IMG/VR virus record: IMGVR_UViG_3300028833_000055
Coordinates: 302,446-363,334 of that record
Origin: a virus
Taxonomy: Duplodnaviria > Heunggongvirae > Uroviricota > Caudoviricetes
Reading direction: 5' to 3' (one strand)
DNA: 60,889 nt
The notes beneath the pieces are model-generated. The model saw nothing but the letters and a program-made list of their open reading frames with translations, made no database searches and was not told the origin of the DNA. Position 1 is the stretch's first letter. Each line of letters opens with the position of its first letter. Below, piece after piece: positions 26,504 through 36,575 of this stretch. The translations under genes were made by a program, and so were the position numbers.

Positions 26504-26524
26504 TTTTTCTTAAAATTTGCCGGT

Positions 26525-27397
26525 TTACCAGGTGATTTCTCCGTTCTCGTTCAACTGTGAAACCGGTGCCGTCTCCGTACTTGATGAGCCGGTAGACTCG
26601 TCGATGCAACTTTCTATCGTCTTGGCAAGGTCGTTGACCGTAGATGTTTTAAGTCTGTTGCCGAGAAGCTGTCCGAAAGTCTTCTCTATTCCCATCTTGT
26701 GTGAAGCGTAGCAGTTGTAGCGGTCATCCACAGCGATATGGAAGATGTCGAACTTCTCACTTGCCTCATTGTAGAGTTCACGGGTTTCAATATCCTTCTG
26801 CTCGCTCGAAGCGGTATAGTGGTTCAACTGGCGTACCGGAAGATAAGGGTTGAGTTCCTCGTCACCCATAGTGATGATAATTCCCTTACGACCCTGCTTG
26901 TCGAATGCGTCAAGTTTGGTTCTCTTCAATCCCATATACCAGGCCGCAGTGTAACTTTCGAAAGAGTTTCCGCCGCCACCGTGTTCCATCCAGAGCTTGT
27001 CAATCGCCTCTGCGATTCTAACATCCGATTCAAACTGGGACATCTGTACCGGTGCCTCATCGTATGCAAGGTCTCCGATTCCCATTATGCAGAACTCGAT
27101 GTCCTTGTGCTTCTCGTAGAGGTTGCTCATTATTACACCGAGAGCCTCTGCACATTCCTTGCAGCTCTGTCCCATAGAACCGGTTACGTCGAGTGCAAGT
27201 ATGACCGGTATGGTATTGGGGTGTTCGTCCGAGTTTACACACTCACGGATGGAGAATTTCTTGGGGTCAAGTTCCTCTGCAAGCTCTCTTGTTGTAAACT
27301 CCTGTACAGTAGACCTGCAAGTTATTGTGTCATAGCTCCTACCCATAGATGTAGAGTAGCAAGCATATGAACTTATATCAAATGAACCACCACCCAT
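26525..27397 (-). CDS. von Willebrand factor A domain protein
   Basis: MIDAS LDVTGSM, SQFESD, GGGGN..ESY, MGDE. Confidence 0.85.
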   Translation of the reverse strand: MGGGSFDISSYACYSTSMGRSYDTITCRSTVQEFTTRELAEELDPKKFSIRECVNSDEHPNTIPVILALDVTGSMGQSCKECAEALGVIMSNLYEKHKDIEFCIMGIGDLAYDEAPVQMSQFESDVRIAEAIDKLWMEHGGGGNSFESYTAAWYMGLKRTKLDAFDKQGRKGIIITMGDEELNPYLPVRQLNHYTASSEQKDIETRELYNEASEKFDIFHIAVDDRYNCYASHKMGIEKTFGQLLGNRLKTSTVNDLAKTIESCIDESTGSSSTETAPVSQLNENGEITW

Positions 27398-28047
27398 TAC
27401 TTATCCTCCTTTTTGTTTTCGAGATTCTTGTCGGTGTCTTCACACTCGTCGGTGTCTTCACACTCGTCAATGTCCATGTCCATGTCAATGTTGAAGTCGA
27501 ACATTTCCTCGAAAGGATTTTCGTTCTTGTTTCCGCCCATAAGCATCGACATCGCCATCATCTGTCCGAGTCCGCCACCGTTGTTGCTACCGCCCATCAG
27601 GCTGGACATTACCATCATCTTCATAATGTTCTTCAGTCCCTTTCCCTTTGACAAGGAGCTACCGAACATAGAGACAATCTTGCCGTAGAAGTAGGTGCTT
27701 CCCATAAAGACGTGTCTTTCGGGAACGATTTCCTTGATTTCGGAGTTGTCGTAGTCGATGACCTTGATGCTCTCCTTGTTGACGCCGATGACACACTTCG
27801 GTTTTCCCGAAACAAGTATTATGTCACCAATCTGTACCTTTGTGGTAGGCATTACGAAGAACATCTCTGCACCAAGGTCGAAGCAGAAGTTCGAGACATT
27901 TGTCAGTCTCTTGTTCTTCAGATTGTAGGTCTTGTAATCACCATTGCTGCACTTTACGGCAATCTCGCCGTTCATTGTGATTCTGCATTTGCCGGATTCC
28001 ACTTTTCCGAACATTCCGTTGAAATTTTTCTGAATGTTTTCAAACAT
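27397..28047 (-). CDS. hypothetical protein with Met/Gly-rich C-terminus
   Basis: 216 aa, coupled to vWA gene. Confidence 0.75.
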   Translation of the reverse strand: MFENIQKNFNGMFGKVESGKCRITMNGEIAVKCSNGDYKTYNLKNKRLTNVSNFCFDLGAEMFFVMPTTKVQIGDIILVSGKPKCVIGVNKESIKVIDYDNSEIKEIVPERHVFMGSTYFYGKIVSMFGSSLSKGKGLKNIMKMMVMSSLMGGSNNGGGLGQMMAMSMLMGGNKNENPFEEMFDFNIDMDMDIDECEDTDECEDTDKNLENKKEDK

Positions 28048-28101
28048 AATTTTAATTTTTTATTGGTTTAACTATATTAAATATAACAAATTTTTAAAGA
28101 A

Positions 28102-28530
28102 TTACTCTTCGTCTCTTGGTGTTTCTTCGATTTCTCCGGTTTTATCCCTTTCTTCACCCTTTTCACGCTGTTCGTCGTTGATGTTGTCAAGATAGAGACT
28201 GAGAGCCTCGACCGCCTTGTCGGGTATCTGCTTAATCTTGTCGTTATCCTGCACCCATTCGAGTGTTCCTCCGACTCCGTAGATGATAAGTGCGTCATTG
28301 GTGGAAGGTATGAATATCACACCGGCAACGACTATCGGCAGTATTATGACAAACGGTCTGAAACCCTTTGCAACCTTCTTTGCACACTCCTGGTCGGATT
28401 CATACTCGGCCGCCAGCCCACAAATTCTTGCAACCACAAAGGCGAGAGACCCGATAATTGCAAACACCATTACGACGAGAAATGTCGTGTTAATTGAATC
28501 AAGTCTTGTAATCCAGTACATTAAGTCCAT
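28102..28530 (-). CDS. membrane protein
   Basis: YWITRLD + two TM + FIPS. Confidence 0.75.
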   Translation of the reverse strand: MDLMYWITRLDSINTTFLVVMVFAIIGSLAFVVARICGLAAEYESDQECAKKVAKGFRPFVIILPIVVAGVIFIPSTNDALIIYGVGGTLEWVQDNDKIKQIPDKAVEALSLYLDNINDEQREKGEERDKTGEIEETPRDEE

Positions 28531-28576
28531 TTTTATTCCTCCTGTTTAATTTGTTTTAATAAAATTTCCTTTTTCA

Positions 28577-29164
28577 TTATTTCTTGCATTTTTTAAGTAT
28601 GTCCAGTGTTATTATACCACCCCTTTCGAGTGACATCTCATCGAGTTTCTTGATGTCAAACTCTTCCGTTCTGAACTTGAACTGTATCCAGTTGGGTTCG
28701 GTTTCACGGTAGTCGAGCCAAGACTTCGGCTCATCCGTTTCAAGAACCATCTTCACCATACGGAGAAGTCTCTCGCCGGCGGGTTTTGATGCAACGAAAC
28801 CGGAGACGTCGTGTGTACTTACACCACGGCTTGCCCAGTATTCACCTTCCTCCGGACGCTTGTCGGGTGCAACATAGTACAGACGCTCGCTGTATGAACC
28901 CTCGATGTCCGTGCAAAACGAACCTATCATTCCGAGTGTTCCGAAAGAAGTGGATGCTCCGTTGATGCAGTACATCTTCGAATCCACCGATATGAACACC
29001 GGTACTTCCGACGGGTTGATGTGGTTCGCTTCGGCGTTCTTTTTCATATTCATAAGCGCCTCTATGGCCTCTTCGAGGGAAAAAGTCCTGATTCCCTTGG
29101 CTTCATCATTGGCTTTCCACTGGTCACAGTGGTAATTTTCGAATTTTTTACTGTCTAGTATCAT
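28577..29164 (-). CDS. hypothetical protein
   Basis: Start MILDSKK. Confidence 0.7.
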   Translation of the reverse strand: MILDSKKFENYHCDQWKANDEAKGIRTFSLEEAIEALMNMKKNAEANHINPSEVPVFISVDSKMYCINGASTSFGTLGMIGSFCTDIEGSYSERLYYVAPDKRPEEGEYWASRGVSTHDVSGFVASKPAGERLLRMVKMVLETDEPKSWLDYRETEPNWIQFKFRTEEFDIKKLDEMSLERGGIITLDILKKCKK

Positions 29165-29760
29165 TTCTTTATTTCTCTTAAAACTGTTTTTGAAACTGCG
29201 TAGTAAATTCTGTCCATAGGATTTACCGCAAACATCTCGGAAACCCTTTCCGCCTCTTCCTTCGTATCGAACACGAAGATGCTCTTCCAAGTGCCTCTTA
29301 TCTTCTTGTCCCATACGAACCAGTCGAGTTCGTGAACCGCCGGACGGGAAACCCTTATGTCATCCGAGAATGATATAATCCATTTTCTGTCAACCTTGCA
29401 TAAATTCTCCTCGGTGACTTCTACCATCTTGTCGTTGTTGTCCTTGACGGTGTATGTTGTGGTTACGGACAATCCACTTTTGCTTTCCGACACCTTGTGC
29501 TTCACATCACATATAACATATGTACACTTGTCGTTTATTGTACACTTGTCGTTTATCAAATGGAACATCGAACCGGTGTATCTTACCAAATCACCTTTCT
29601 TGTATTCATCGTTGAACACCGACTCGAAATACTTGGTGTTACTTAAGTCCAGAAACGGATAGGCGGACAGAAGTTCGTCACGCTTGTAGATTTTTCCCGC
29701 TTCCACCATATTTTCTATCGGCATAATCGCCTTGACCATCGGTATGTATTTCTTCGCCAT
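29161..29760 (-). CDS. hypothetical protein
   Basis: Start MAKKY; contains 18-bp tandem duplication (INDKCT x2). Confidence 0.7.
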   Translation of the reverse strand: MAKKYIPMVKAIMPIENMVEAGKIYKRDELLSAYPFLDLSNTKYFESVFNDEYKKGDLVRYTGSMFHLINDKCTINDKCTYVICDVKHKVSESKSGLSVTTTYTVKDNNDKMVEVTEENLCKVDRKWIISFSDDIRVSRPAVHELDWFVWDKKIRGTWKSIFVFDTKEEAERVSEMFAVNPMDRIYYAVSKTVLREIKK

Positions 29761-29761
29761 T

Positions 29762-30196
29762 TTATTCTCTGTTTTTAAATTCATCTATGATATTCCTTGT
29801 CATAAGACAGTCCGCCAAATCGTCCTTGTAGAGTTCCCTTCCTATTCCCTTCTCTACACAGTCACGGCAGAGCATCGTGTACTTGTTGTCCGGTACGGTT
29901 TTGCACATAGTTCTGACTACGTTGAAAAATCTCACCTCCTGTTCATATCCTTTCGGAAGTCTGTATGCGTGTGATATTTCTCGAGGTACAAACTCCTTTA
30001 TACCAAGACCTTGAAGCGCCTTTCTCCATACATCGCCCTTCAAGACCGGCGACCTCATATAGAGTTCATCCTTTCCACAGCACGAACAGGTGTAGTGATA
30101 GTGGGCGTCTATGAAGTCCGACAGACCTCTTGGACTTTTGCACGCCTCCTGTAATTTAGGAAGTTCCTCCTTTGTCAATTCGAAATACTTTGGCAT
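29762..30196 (-). CDS. hypothetical protein with CxxC pairs
   Basis: CSCC...LCRDC; start MPKYF. Confidence 0.65.
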   Translation of the reverse strand: MPKYFELTKEELPKLQEACKSPRGLSDFIDAHYHYTCSCCGKDELYMRSPVLKGDVWRKALQGLGIKEFVPREISHAYRLPKGYEQEVRFFNVVRTMCKTVPDNKYTMLCRDCVEKGIGRELYKDDLADCLMTRNIIDEFKNRE

Positions 30197-30200
30197 AGTC

Positions 30201-30485
30201 TTATTTCTTAAACGGACACCAGTCCGGTATTTCACAATCCGTGTTCCTGTGCATCGAACCTCCGAGACACATGAGACCGGGCTTATTGTATTTCGAAAGC
30301 ACCGGATATTCGTAGTTGGCCGCTTCCTTGTGCTTGCAATACCAGTCGAAGTTGGGTTCATCGAAAGTGTCGATGCAGCTCGAAGTGTCGACTTCCTCCT
30401 TGAAGTAAGGGCAGTCGTTACATCTGTCGATAGTAAATTCCTGTGTTACTGTGATTTTCATAACCTTATGATTTTCTTCTTTCAA
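30201..30485 (-). CDS. Cys-rich hypothetical protein
   Basis: CNDCPY...IPDWCP. Confidence 0.65.
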   Translation of the reverse strand: MKEENHKVMKITVTQEFTIDRCNDCPYFKEEVDTSSCIDTFDEPNFDWYCKHKEAANYEYPVLSKYNKPGLMCLGGSMHRNTDCEIPDWCPFKK

Positions 30486-31107
30486 TAATAGACCAGCAGT
30501 TATCTATAAAGTCGTCCACCGAACTGTCGTTGTAGAAGCAGTCAACCTTGAACTCACTCACAGCAGTTCTGGCGACACCGTACTTTGAATCAATGTAGTT
30601 GAATACGGACTGTCCGTATCTGATTTCCTTTCTGCGTACTTCGGCGGCGGACTTGATGTCGTTTATGAACTCCTCCTTGGTCATAAAGTTGACCATATAT
30701 CTCGTGATGTTGTCCTTTGCGTTAAGAAGGTAGCAGTTCTCTTTGTAGATTTCATCCGCCTTTTTGTAATTTAATGTATATACCTCCTCAATATCTTTGA
30801 GGATTTTTTTCATCTTATTGCTCTTGTATTCGGCTTCGGTCAAATTCGGATGGATGGTAAAGTATGTCATACCGCACTCGGTTAGGTTTTCACACTGAAT
30901 TTCCACAAAATTCTCCTCTTCATACACTTCCGGTGTTTCAAAGTTAAATTCGTCCTCCTTTACCTCTTCCGGTGAAAGATAGTCGTAAACCAACCTCTTC
31001 ATTGTGGGGTTTTCAAGACAGTCTTTGTTTAATGACTCGAGGATTTCCCTGTCCCATCTTGACTCTTCGTTTATTCTTTTAAAGAAACCTTTTATTTTCT
31101 CGTCCAT
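30466..31107 (-). CDS. hypothetical protein
   Basis: Start MDEKIK after promoter core 31125-31132. Confidence 0.7.
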   Translation of the reverse strand: MDEKIKGFFKRINEESRWDREILESLNKDCLENPTMKRLVYDYLSPEEVKEDEFNFETPEVYEEENFVEIQCENLTECGMTYFTIHPNLTEAEYKSNKMKKILKDIEEVYTLNYKKADEIYKENCYLLNAKDNITRYMVNFMTKEEFINDIKSAAEVRRKEIRYGQSVFNYIDSKYGVARTAVSEFKVDCFYNDSSVDDFIDNCWSIIERRKS

Positions 31108-31169
31108 CTTTGTTCTATTTTTCACAAAGATACTATTTATTTTCGAAAAAATATGTTTCTCCCGAAAAT

Positions 31170-31364
31170 TTATTCAGGAGAAACATTTGTGGTGATGATA
31201 TACGGTGCGTATATTATTTCACCCGCTTTAAAGTTCTTGCACTCTTTCGGTTTACTTTCCAGAAACCTTTTGTCGTGGTTGCAGTACGGATGGAAATCTA
31301 TATGTGCCGAACACATACATCCGTCACAAGCGGCTTTCCCGCTATCCTTTGTATTTTCTTTCAT
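31170..31364 (-). CDS. small Cys-rich protein
   Basis: 64 aa. Confidence 0.5.
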   Translation of the reverse strand: MKENTKDSGKAACDGCMCSAHIDFHPYCNHDKRFLESKPKECKNFKAGEIIYAPYIITTNVSPE

Positions 31365-31743
31365 ATTCGGTTATGTTTTCAGTTGCTATTGTTATAACTT
31401 CCACTATTTCAAAATCTTCCGTGTTTTTTCCATACTTTTGCAAGTGAAGGTCAAGATGGAGGCAGGCGTTCTTTGCACCGGCGACATTCTTGAAAACCTT
31501 CGCCGTTTCGAATGGACCGAATGATTCTCCCATAGTGTTGAAAGTCTGGTTTCCGGTGTAATAGTCCATACTTTCCTTACGCCGGATTACAAATCTTCCA
31601 TTCTTTTTGTCCATTTGCTTCGGCAATATCTGTGTTGCAAAGGTATATACTTGATGTTCACTGTCATAGCAGAGGTCATCACTTATGAAACCTCTGCTTT
31701 CCAGCCATTTCATAAACTTCAACAGGATTTCTTTCATATTCAA
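31342..31743 (-). CDS. hypothetical protein
   Basis: 133 aa. Confidence 0.65.
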   Translation of the reverse strand: MNMKEILLKFMKWLESRGFISDDLCYDSEHQVYTFATQILPKQMDKKNGRFVIRRKESMDYYTGNQTFNTMGESFGPFETAKVFKNVAGAKNACLHLDLHLQKYGKNTEDFEIVEVITIATENITEYERKYKG

Positions 31744-31747
31744 TGTT

Positions 31748-32101
31748 TTAAAGGTCTGGCAAGTAATATTCCTTCACGAAGTCGGAAGGCTCGTATGGTC
31801 TATGTTGGTTGGCAACCGACATAAAAGCCTCGAATGAGTTTAACGCATTTATACCGATAGACACCTTTGGCAGTTCAGCCCAAGCGACAACTCGGCTGTC
31901 GGCATAGTCGCATATATGGTTGCTTCCATCGGCATCGTGTTCCTCCGTTGTCTGGGTACACCAGTATTTGCTTATGTCGTCATAGACATAGCAGTACATT
32001 CCGCCCATATAGGAATCGTAGCACAAGCACCTCTGCAAGTGCTTCGGTCTGTCCTTTCGGGCATCGTTCCATCTGATTTCAGTAGTCGTATTCATAGTCA
32101 A
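31748..32101 (-). CDS. DUF551-like phage protein
   Basis: W.....RP ... VVAWAELP. Confidence 0.6.
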   Translation of the reverse strand: MTMNTTTEIRWNDARKDRPKHLQRCLCYDSYMGGMYCYVYDDISKYWCTQTTEEHDADGSNHICDYADSRVVAWAELPKVSIGINALNSFEAFMSVANQHRPYEPSDFVKEYYLPDL

Positions 32102-32111
32102 TGTTTTTAAT

Positions 32112-32429
32112 TTAGTTATAATGTACCGTGTCTTTCGTGTCGGCTTCGCCGTCCACCATATTCAGCACTTCCCCGACCGAGTAGTCACCCCCGCCAAAGA
32201 CACCGTACTTTGCGTCAATACCTCTGTCCTTCATCGTTTCTATTATGTTAGTTATATTGAACATTAGCCCTTCACAGTTCTCCTCATCATAGTAAATGCC
32301 ATCGTCACCAGTGGCGTGGATTTCATAGCCAATGTAGTTGTAGTCCCCACGGTATGTCCTTATATTGACCTTCGTGAAGCCAAACGCAATCAGCAACAGT
32401 TTCAATACATCCTTTCCGCTCATAACCAA
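32112..32429 (-). CDS. hypothetical protein
   Basis: 105 aa. Confidence 0.65.
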   Translation of the reverse strand: MVMSGKDVLKLLLIAFGFTKVNIRTYRGDYNYIGYEIHATGDDGIYYDEENCEGLMFNITNIIETMKDRGIDAKYGVFGGGDYSVGEVLNMVDGEADTKDTVHYN

Positions 32430-32432
32430 TGT

Positions 32433-32627
32433 TTATTTTCGTCCGTATATCTTCTTCTGTGTTTTAACTCCAAGTTCAAAGAAATGTTTAGCAATTTCTT
32501 TTATATCTTCAACAGTAAGATAATATGTCGAACCTTTAACTGCTACACCATCAAGGTCAAAATATATATCATCAATATCCTCTTTTAGGTGCTTCTTCAG
32601 TTCGCCCTTGTATGTCCTGTCTTTCAT
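32433..32627 (-). CDS. small hypothetical protein
   Basis: IAKHFFELG motif; start trimmed. Confidence 0.55.
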   Translation of the reverse strand: MKDRTYKGELKKHLKEDIDDIYFDLDGVAVKGSTYYLTVEDIKEIAKHFFELGVKTQKKIYGRK

Positions 32628-32853
32628 CAATGCAAATCCCTTTTCCGTCATCAATACATTCATCACCAATAAACAAATTATAACCATCAGAATGTACATA
32701 CTTAAATCTTTCACTTGCTTTGTGGCAAATATTTCTGAAGGGGTTATTCTCATCAGTATCGTTTATGTTTAACTCAGCATAATTATCAATATTATCCAAT
32801 ATTTCCCACAACTTAACAACTACTTGTTGCAAAAATTTAACATCGGTACTCAT
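32572..32853 (-). CDS. hypothetical protein
   Basis: 93 aa. Confidence 0.55.
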   Translation of the reverse strand: MSTDVKFLQQVVVKLWEILDNIDNYAELNINDTDENNPFRNICHKASERFKYVHSDGYNLFIGDECIDDGKGICIDERQDIQGRTEEAPKRGY

Positions 32854-33455
32854 TGTTTTCCAATTTCACTATCTCTTCCGAACCATTTGTTTGTACGACC
32901 TTGTAGTTTTTCAATCGAACAGATTGCATCGAGCAAGGTATCTGCTAAAATGAAGTCTGGCATATTACAAATGGTATCTATACCATAATTGTTCATTAAA
33001 GTTCCCAAATCTTTCAAGAGATTCTCTCTGTCCACTTTGTCAGAATGTTTTAATTCGAAATATTCCATTACACGTTCGACACCACCATTCTTGGCAGCAT
33101 CAACAAATGCCTTTCTTGCTTCTTGTGAAATTTTCGGAGCAAATGTTCTATTCTCAACAACTCCACCTTCATCAATATACAACGGTTCGTTATATATTTG
33201 CTCGAACTCCGCCTTCCGTGTCTCTATTGATTGTCTTACTGAATGGTCACAAAGTATTTTCATTAGTTCCACTGGGTCAATACCATAAAGAGCACATATT
33301 ACTCTTAATGAATCTAACTTGTGGTTTTCGTACTCCTTTTCAAAGTCCACATTAGTCATATTGACAATCTTACGACATTCTTCTGCAATACTATCTTGTA
33401 ATTGCTTTCTTGCTTCACCAACCTTGTTGGATTTGTTTTCTAAATTTGTATTCAT
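32850..33455 (-). CDS. hypothetical protein; N-terminus duplicated in 34930..36021
   Basis: Shared MNTNLENKSNKVGE...IYNEPLY. Confidence 0.75.
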   Translation of the reverse strand: MNTNLENKSNKVGEARKQLQDSIAEECRKIVNMTNVDFEKEYENHKLDSLRVICALYGIDPVELMKILCDHSVRQSIETRKAEFEQIYNEPLYIDEGGVVENRTFAPKISQEARKAFVDAAKNGGVERVMEYFELKHSDKVDRENLLKDLGTLMNNYGIDTICNMPDFILADTLLDAICSIEKLQGRTNKWFGRDSEIGKQ

Positions 33456-33503
33456 ATTTATTAAATTTAATTATTTTCCAAACAATACTTTATATCGTCA
33501 CTT

Positions 33504-33884
33504 TCATTGTTCTCGAACACCGAACTGAACGGTAAACATATCATCAAGGCAGTCATTGCTTGCATCGACCATCCATAGACGCAATCCACTATCGGATGCC
33601 ATACGGACAAACTTTGAAAGCGTATCAAAATACTCCTCCCAGTTTTCCTTGAAACCTCCGACCGCACTTCCGCCGTTATGTCCGCCTCCCACGCTTATAA
33701 AAAGTGTACCGTCTTCAACTTCCGTGAAGTTGGGGTCATCCATTGGAAATACGCAAAACTGACAGTTTCCGACTTGCTTCGCAAGTGATGACAACATGCA
33801 ATATATTTCCTTGTGCCTTTCCGTTAATTGTTCCAAAGTGTCGTAATGTTTTACTTCTTTTTTAATAGTCGTATCCATATTCAT
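33504..33884 (-). CDS. hypothetical protein
   Basis: 126 aa. Confidence 0.65.
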   Translation of the reverse strand: MNMDTTIKKEVKHYDTLEQLTERHKEIYCMLSSLAKQVGNCQFCVFPMDDPNFTEVEDGTLFISVGGGHNGGSAVGGFKENWEEYFDTLSKFVRMASDSGLRLWMVDASNDCLDDMFTVQFGVREQ

Positions 33885-33889
33885 TAAAT

Positions 33890-34465
33890 TTAATTATTTT
33901 CTAAACAATATTTTATATACTCATTATACAACTCGTCACGGCTATAATAGGGTCCTTCCAACTTGTGATACAATAAGGAATCGTTTAGGAATGATATGTT
34001 GCCCCACCATCCATTTTCAGTATGGAATGCAACAAGATAAAGACCGAACATCTTTTGTATTATTTCATCTGCCAACCAAATAGACGGGCAATATACAAAT
34101 TCGTCATACCCGTATGGCGGTTTATCAATCTTGCTTCTAATCCATCTGCTTCCGCCAAACCCATACCAACCATAATCACAGCGTTCACTTAAATCAGCGG
34201 CTTCGTTTAAACCGCTCGTTTCAAGAAGTTTTGCAACCTCTACACAAACATAATCTATAGTCACCATATCTACTTTTTTCTTTCTCCAACAACTACAAGC
34301 AGGGGTATCTTCTTTGGGCATCCGTTCACCAAAATGACTTCTTCTCAACATATAGTCAAGACATAGAACATTGGAATTTTCAAAATGAAAATAAGAGCAG
34401 TTCTTACATTTAGGGGTTGCCCAAAAACTACATTCATTTTTGAACACTATACTGTTTGTTTCCAT
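33890..34465 (-). CDS. hypothetical protein, Cys-rich N-terminus
   Basis: 191 aa. Confidence 0.7.
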   Translation of the reverse strand: METNSIVFKNECSFWATPKCKNCSYFHFENSNVLCLDYMLRRSHFGERMPKEDTPACSCWRKKKVDMVTIDYVCVEVAKLLETSGLNEAADLSERCDYGWYGFGGSRWIRSKIDKPPYGYDEFVYCPSIWLADEIIQKMFGLYLVAFHTENGWWGNISFLNDSLLYHKLEGPYYSRDELYNEYIKYCLENN

Positions 34466-34519
34466 TGTCTAAATTTAATTATTTTCCAAACAATACTTTA
34501 AATCTGTGTCTCTTAGATT

Positions 34520-34906
34520 CTAGATAACCTTGAAAGGTAGCACAAGCATCTTGTCCTTGAGATACTCAATTTCAGCCTTTATCCCGTCTGGCTCTGGTGG
34601 ATTGAGATACTTGGGTTCATCGTCTATCGTGTCCCCGAACTCAACCTCGACATCGGGTATTCTCCACGACAACGCCACCTTGCCGTAAGCGTCCGCCATA
34701 TACACCATAACAAAGGCGTAGTCCTTTGTGAGTTCCCCGTTTTTGTTCTTCAGCAGCGTAATTTCGAATCGTGTCTTGTCCTCGTCATATAGAGACTCGT
34801 TGAAGTATGCATATGGCTCTTTCACATCATTCCTGTCGAAGTCCGATATGTTCCGCCTGAACTCGTAATTCTCGCCAAAAAATTCAAATCTCACAATTAC
34901 TTCCAT
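34520..34906 (-). CDS. hypothetical protein
   Basis: 128 aa. Confidence 0.65.
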   Translation of the reverse strand: MEVIVRFEFFGENYEFRRNISDFDRNDVKEPYAYFNESLYDEDKTRFEITLLKNKNGELTKDYAFVMVYMADAYGKVALSWRIPDVEVEFGDTIDDEPKYLNPPEPDGIKAEIEYLKDKMLVLPFKVI

Positions 34907-34929
34907 ATCTCTGTTAGTATTATGATGGT

Positions 34930-36021
34930 TTATATTACATCCCTATTCTCGTCCTTCTTGTCGGTGTCGGTTATTTCTTCATCACCTTTCAATTCCATTA
35001 TTTCGGAAATTATTTTCGCCATCTTCATCTGCTTGATTAACTTCTCACATCTTCTCTTGGATTTTTCAGAATGCATATATTTGTGCTGTGTGGTCAAGTA
35101 TTCGATGAATGTGTCGATATTCTCATCCTCAATAGATGCAGTTGATGTCAAGTTACGCTCATCGTGTATGATTTCATAGCGTGTAAGACTTACATTATCA
35201 ATCGGAATCAAGCCTTTCGCCTTGAGATATGCTTCGGCATAGTCCAAAAATTTCACTCTGTTGTCATACGGGAAATCACTAGTTTTCGGTATATTCCTGT
35301 ACAGTGCCTCATCCATTGGTACTTCCACCATAGTGTACTCCGGTGGACGGTCAGCATAAGCTTGTTTTACTTCAAAGCGGACACTGCACTTGTTACCACA
35401 CTCTTCCGTAACCTTGATTTCTGGTGCAAACATACCGGCCAATGACATCTTAACATTGGCATCGACTATCGCCTTCTTGTCGATATCGGTCAGTTCCTCA
35501 TCATTGTCCACAAATTCCACGAAGAAGCTGTTGTCTATAGGTGTTATCTTGCCGATTAGCATTCCCTTTGGTGGATATATCTTTGTTCCTCTGATACTCA
35601 CCTCCGTTGCAAGTTTGTCGGTGTCACCCTTTGGTGTGCAGAACACTTTAACCATACCTTTGAGCGTCTCATCCTCGTTATCCACTTTGTCGATTGCTCT
35701 AATCCGAGCAAATGTTCTATCTACATCTTCATCAATATACATATACAACGGTTCGTTATATATTTGCTCGAACTCCGACTCCCATATCCTTATTAATTGT
35801 CTTACTAAATGGTTACGAAGTATTCTCATCAGTTGCACCGGGTTAATGCTATAAAGTTCACATATCACCCTCAATGAATCTAACTTGTGGTTTTCATACT
35901 CCTTTTCAAAGTCTGCATTGGTCATATTTATCAATTTATGTCTTTCTTCTACAATACTATCTTGTAATTGCTTTCTTACTTCACCAACCTTGTTGGATTT
36001 GTTTTCTAAATTTGTATTCAT
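34930..36021 (-). CDS. hypothetical protein; N-terminus duplicated in 32850..33455
   Basis: 363 aa. Confidence 0.75.
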   Translation of the reverse strand: MNTNLENKSNKVGEVRKQLQDSIVEERHKLINMTNADFEKEYENHKLDSLRVICELYSINPVQLMRILRNHLVRQLIRIWESEFEQIYNEPLYMYIDEDVDRTFARIRAIDKVDNEDETLKGMVKVFCTPKGDTDKLATEVSIRGTKIYPPKGMLIGKITPIDNSFFVEFVDNDEELTDIDKKAIVDANVKMSLAGMFAPEIKVTEECGNKCSVRFEVKQAYADRPPEYTMVEVPMDEALYRNIPKTSDFPYDNRVKFLDYAEAYLKAKGLIPIDNVSLTRYEIIHDERNLTSTASIEDENIDTFIEYLTTQHKYMHSEKSKRRCEKLIKQMKMAKIISEIMELKGDEEITDTDKKDENRDVI

Positions 36022-36033
36022 AATCTTTAATTT

Positions 36034-36303
36034 TTATTTGTTATTATGTTTGGGTTCATCATCGTGGATATACTCCTCAACCCACTTGACACTATATTGA
36101 CAACTTGGGTCACAAGTGTCGGCGGTATCACTTACTTTGTACCATACCTTATATAATTTATTATCTTCAATGTTCGATTCCATTCCTTTAGGGTATGTCC
36201 AAGTGTCTATACCATTGGTGTATTTCCAAGTGTGCATATTTTCACCACGCATTATAGACACCACACATTCCGATAATATCTTTGTGTTCGGTTTACTTTT
36301 CAT
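36034..36303 (-). CDS. hypothetical protein
   Basis: 89 aa. Confidence 0.6.
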   Translation of the reverse strand: MKSKPNTKILSECVVSIMRGENMHTWKYTNGIDTWTYPKGMESNIEDNKLYKVWYKVSDTADTCDPSCQYSVKWVEEYIHDDEPKHNNK

Positions 36304-36308
36304 AACTT

Positions 36309-36557
36309 CTACTCGCTTTCCCTGCCAGTTAATTCAAAGCCGCATAGTCCAGTAACACCGTTGATACGCACGAAATACTCTCGCCCAGTTTTCGTATCTC
36401 TCCATACCTCGTGATGTTCTCGCTTCTCGATGAGTTCCATCGTTTCCGAACCAACGATTACCTTGTTATTACTATCGCTATCCGTGCTATGCCCGTTGCA
36501 CGAAACACATACGGCAACCGCCGCAAGCATCACCATTGCCAAAAATATCCTTTTCAT
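36309..36557 (-). CDS. putative lipoprotein
   Basis: Signal peptide ending VSC. Confidence 0.65.
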   Translation of the reverse strand: MKRIFLAMVMLAAVAVCVSCNGHSTDSDSNNKVIVGSETMELIEKREHHEVWRDTKTGREYFVRINGVTGLCGFELTGRESE

Positions 36558-36575
36558 AATCGTTTATTTAATGGT

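Noticed and set aside
27427-29556. 18-bp tandem duplications (DECEDT x2, INDKCT x2)
   Set aside because: In-frame slippage duplications; no spacer structure or sign of function
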